Shown piece by piece: positions 63,240 to 64,000 of a stretch of DNA of 64,000 nt. The stretch's first letter is position 1. Every line of letters begins with the position of its first letter. The notes beneath the pieces are model-generated. The model was not told the DNA's origin. It ran no database searches and was given only the letters and a program-made list of their open reading frames with translations. The stretch is taken from assembly GCF_009914755.1 (NCBI RefSeq), contig NC_060934.1. One strand, written 5' to 3'. The position numbers and the translations under genes are program-made. This DNA comes from the human T2T-CHM13v2.0 reference genome, Homo sapiens.

Positions 63240-63930
63240 TTTTTAAAAAACTGAAGTGAAATGCATATAACATAAAATTAACCATTTTAAAGTGAAACAA
63301 TATAGTGGCATTTAGTACATTCACAATGTACCCTATCTAATTCCAAAACATTTTCATCGCCCCAAAAGGAAATCCTGTACCCATTAAGCAGTTGCTCCAC
63401 ACTTTCCCTTCCCCTCCAGCCCCTGGTAGCCATCCATCTGCATTCTGTCTCTGTAAATTTACCTATTCTGGATATTTCATATAAATGGAATCATATAATA
63501 TGTGTCCTTTTATGTCTGGCTTCTTTCTCTTAGCATAATGTTTTTGAGGGTCATCCATGCTGTAACATGAATCAGCACTTCAATTCTTTTTAGGATTGAA
63601 TAATATTCCATTGTGTGTGTATACCACAATTTGTTCATCCATTCATTCGTTGATGGACATTTGGACCATTTCTTCCTTTTGGCAATTATGAATAGTGCTG
63701 CTAGGGACATGTGTATACATGTATTTGAGTATCTGTTTTCAATTCCTTTGGATATATACCTAGGACTGGAATTGCTGGGTTGTATGGTAATTCTATGTTT
63801 AACTTTTTGAGTAACTGCCAAACAGTTTTCTATAGCAGCTGAACCATACTACATTCCCACCAAGAATGCATGAGGGTTCCAGTTTTTCCGCATCCTTACC
63901 AACACTTGTTATTTGTGTTTGTTTTGTTTT
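63240..63930 (-). mobile_element. L1M (MB-type) 3' fragment including a decayed ORF2 C-terminus
   Basis: ORF 63510-63821 reads KCPSTNEWMNKLWYTHTMEYYS...WMTLKNIMLRERSQT, the typical L1 ORF2 end. Confidence 0.92.
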
Positions 63931-64000
63931 ATATAGCTTCAAAAGCTTTTGAGACTGGATAGGACTTTGATGATAAAGCTCCTTTCAGGTCTTATGGATC

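Noticed and set aside
63510-63821. 103-aa ORF with L1 ORF2 similarity
   Set aside because: Decayed 3' fragment of an ancient L1M; neither an active element nor a gene.

Overview
Primate genomic DNA (Alu-dense). The proteins match human ELOVL3, PITX3 and GBF1, i.e. the 10q24 locus; this assignment is from recognition, not a database search. Three protein-coding genes were reconstructed by hand with canonical GT-AG junctions. (1) ELOVL3, + strand, 4 coding exons, 5536-8239, 813 nt = 270 aa, with an HWYHH histidine box and a KTKSQ ER-retrieval tail. (2) PITX3, - strand, non-coding exon 1 ending at 20320 and coding exons 11067-9501, 909 nt = 302 aa, with a K50 homeodomain, polyAla tract and OAR domain; it lies tail-to-tail with ELOVL3. 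(3) The 5' end of GBF1, + strand, head-to-head with PITX3: non-coding exon 1 ending at 24769, coding exons 37923-38018 and 39034-39100, then a long intron running off the window. The rest is about 55 Alu copies or fragments plus MIR, L2, L1M and MER remnants; repeat coordinates are approximate. No prokaryote-type system (CRISPR, tRNA, rRNA) is present. The most interesting unexplained structure: three copies of a steroid-receptor-type palindrome (GGACAttcTGTCC) in a degenerate minisatellite in PITX3 intron 1; a CpG-decayed templated copy of GBF1 exon 1 sequence 3 kb upstream; a duplicated 3'-splice-site-like module in GBF1 intron 1; an Alu-bracketed GBF1 exon 2-3 unit whose circle would encode a 103-aa ORF running more than one turn; a candidate antisense GBF1 first exon inside PITX3 exon 4; and a candidate internal (muscle-type) PITX3 promoter. 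The functional readings of all of these are hypotheses.
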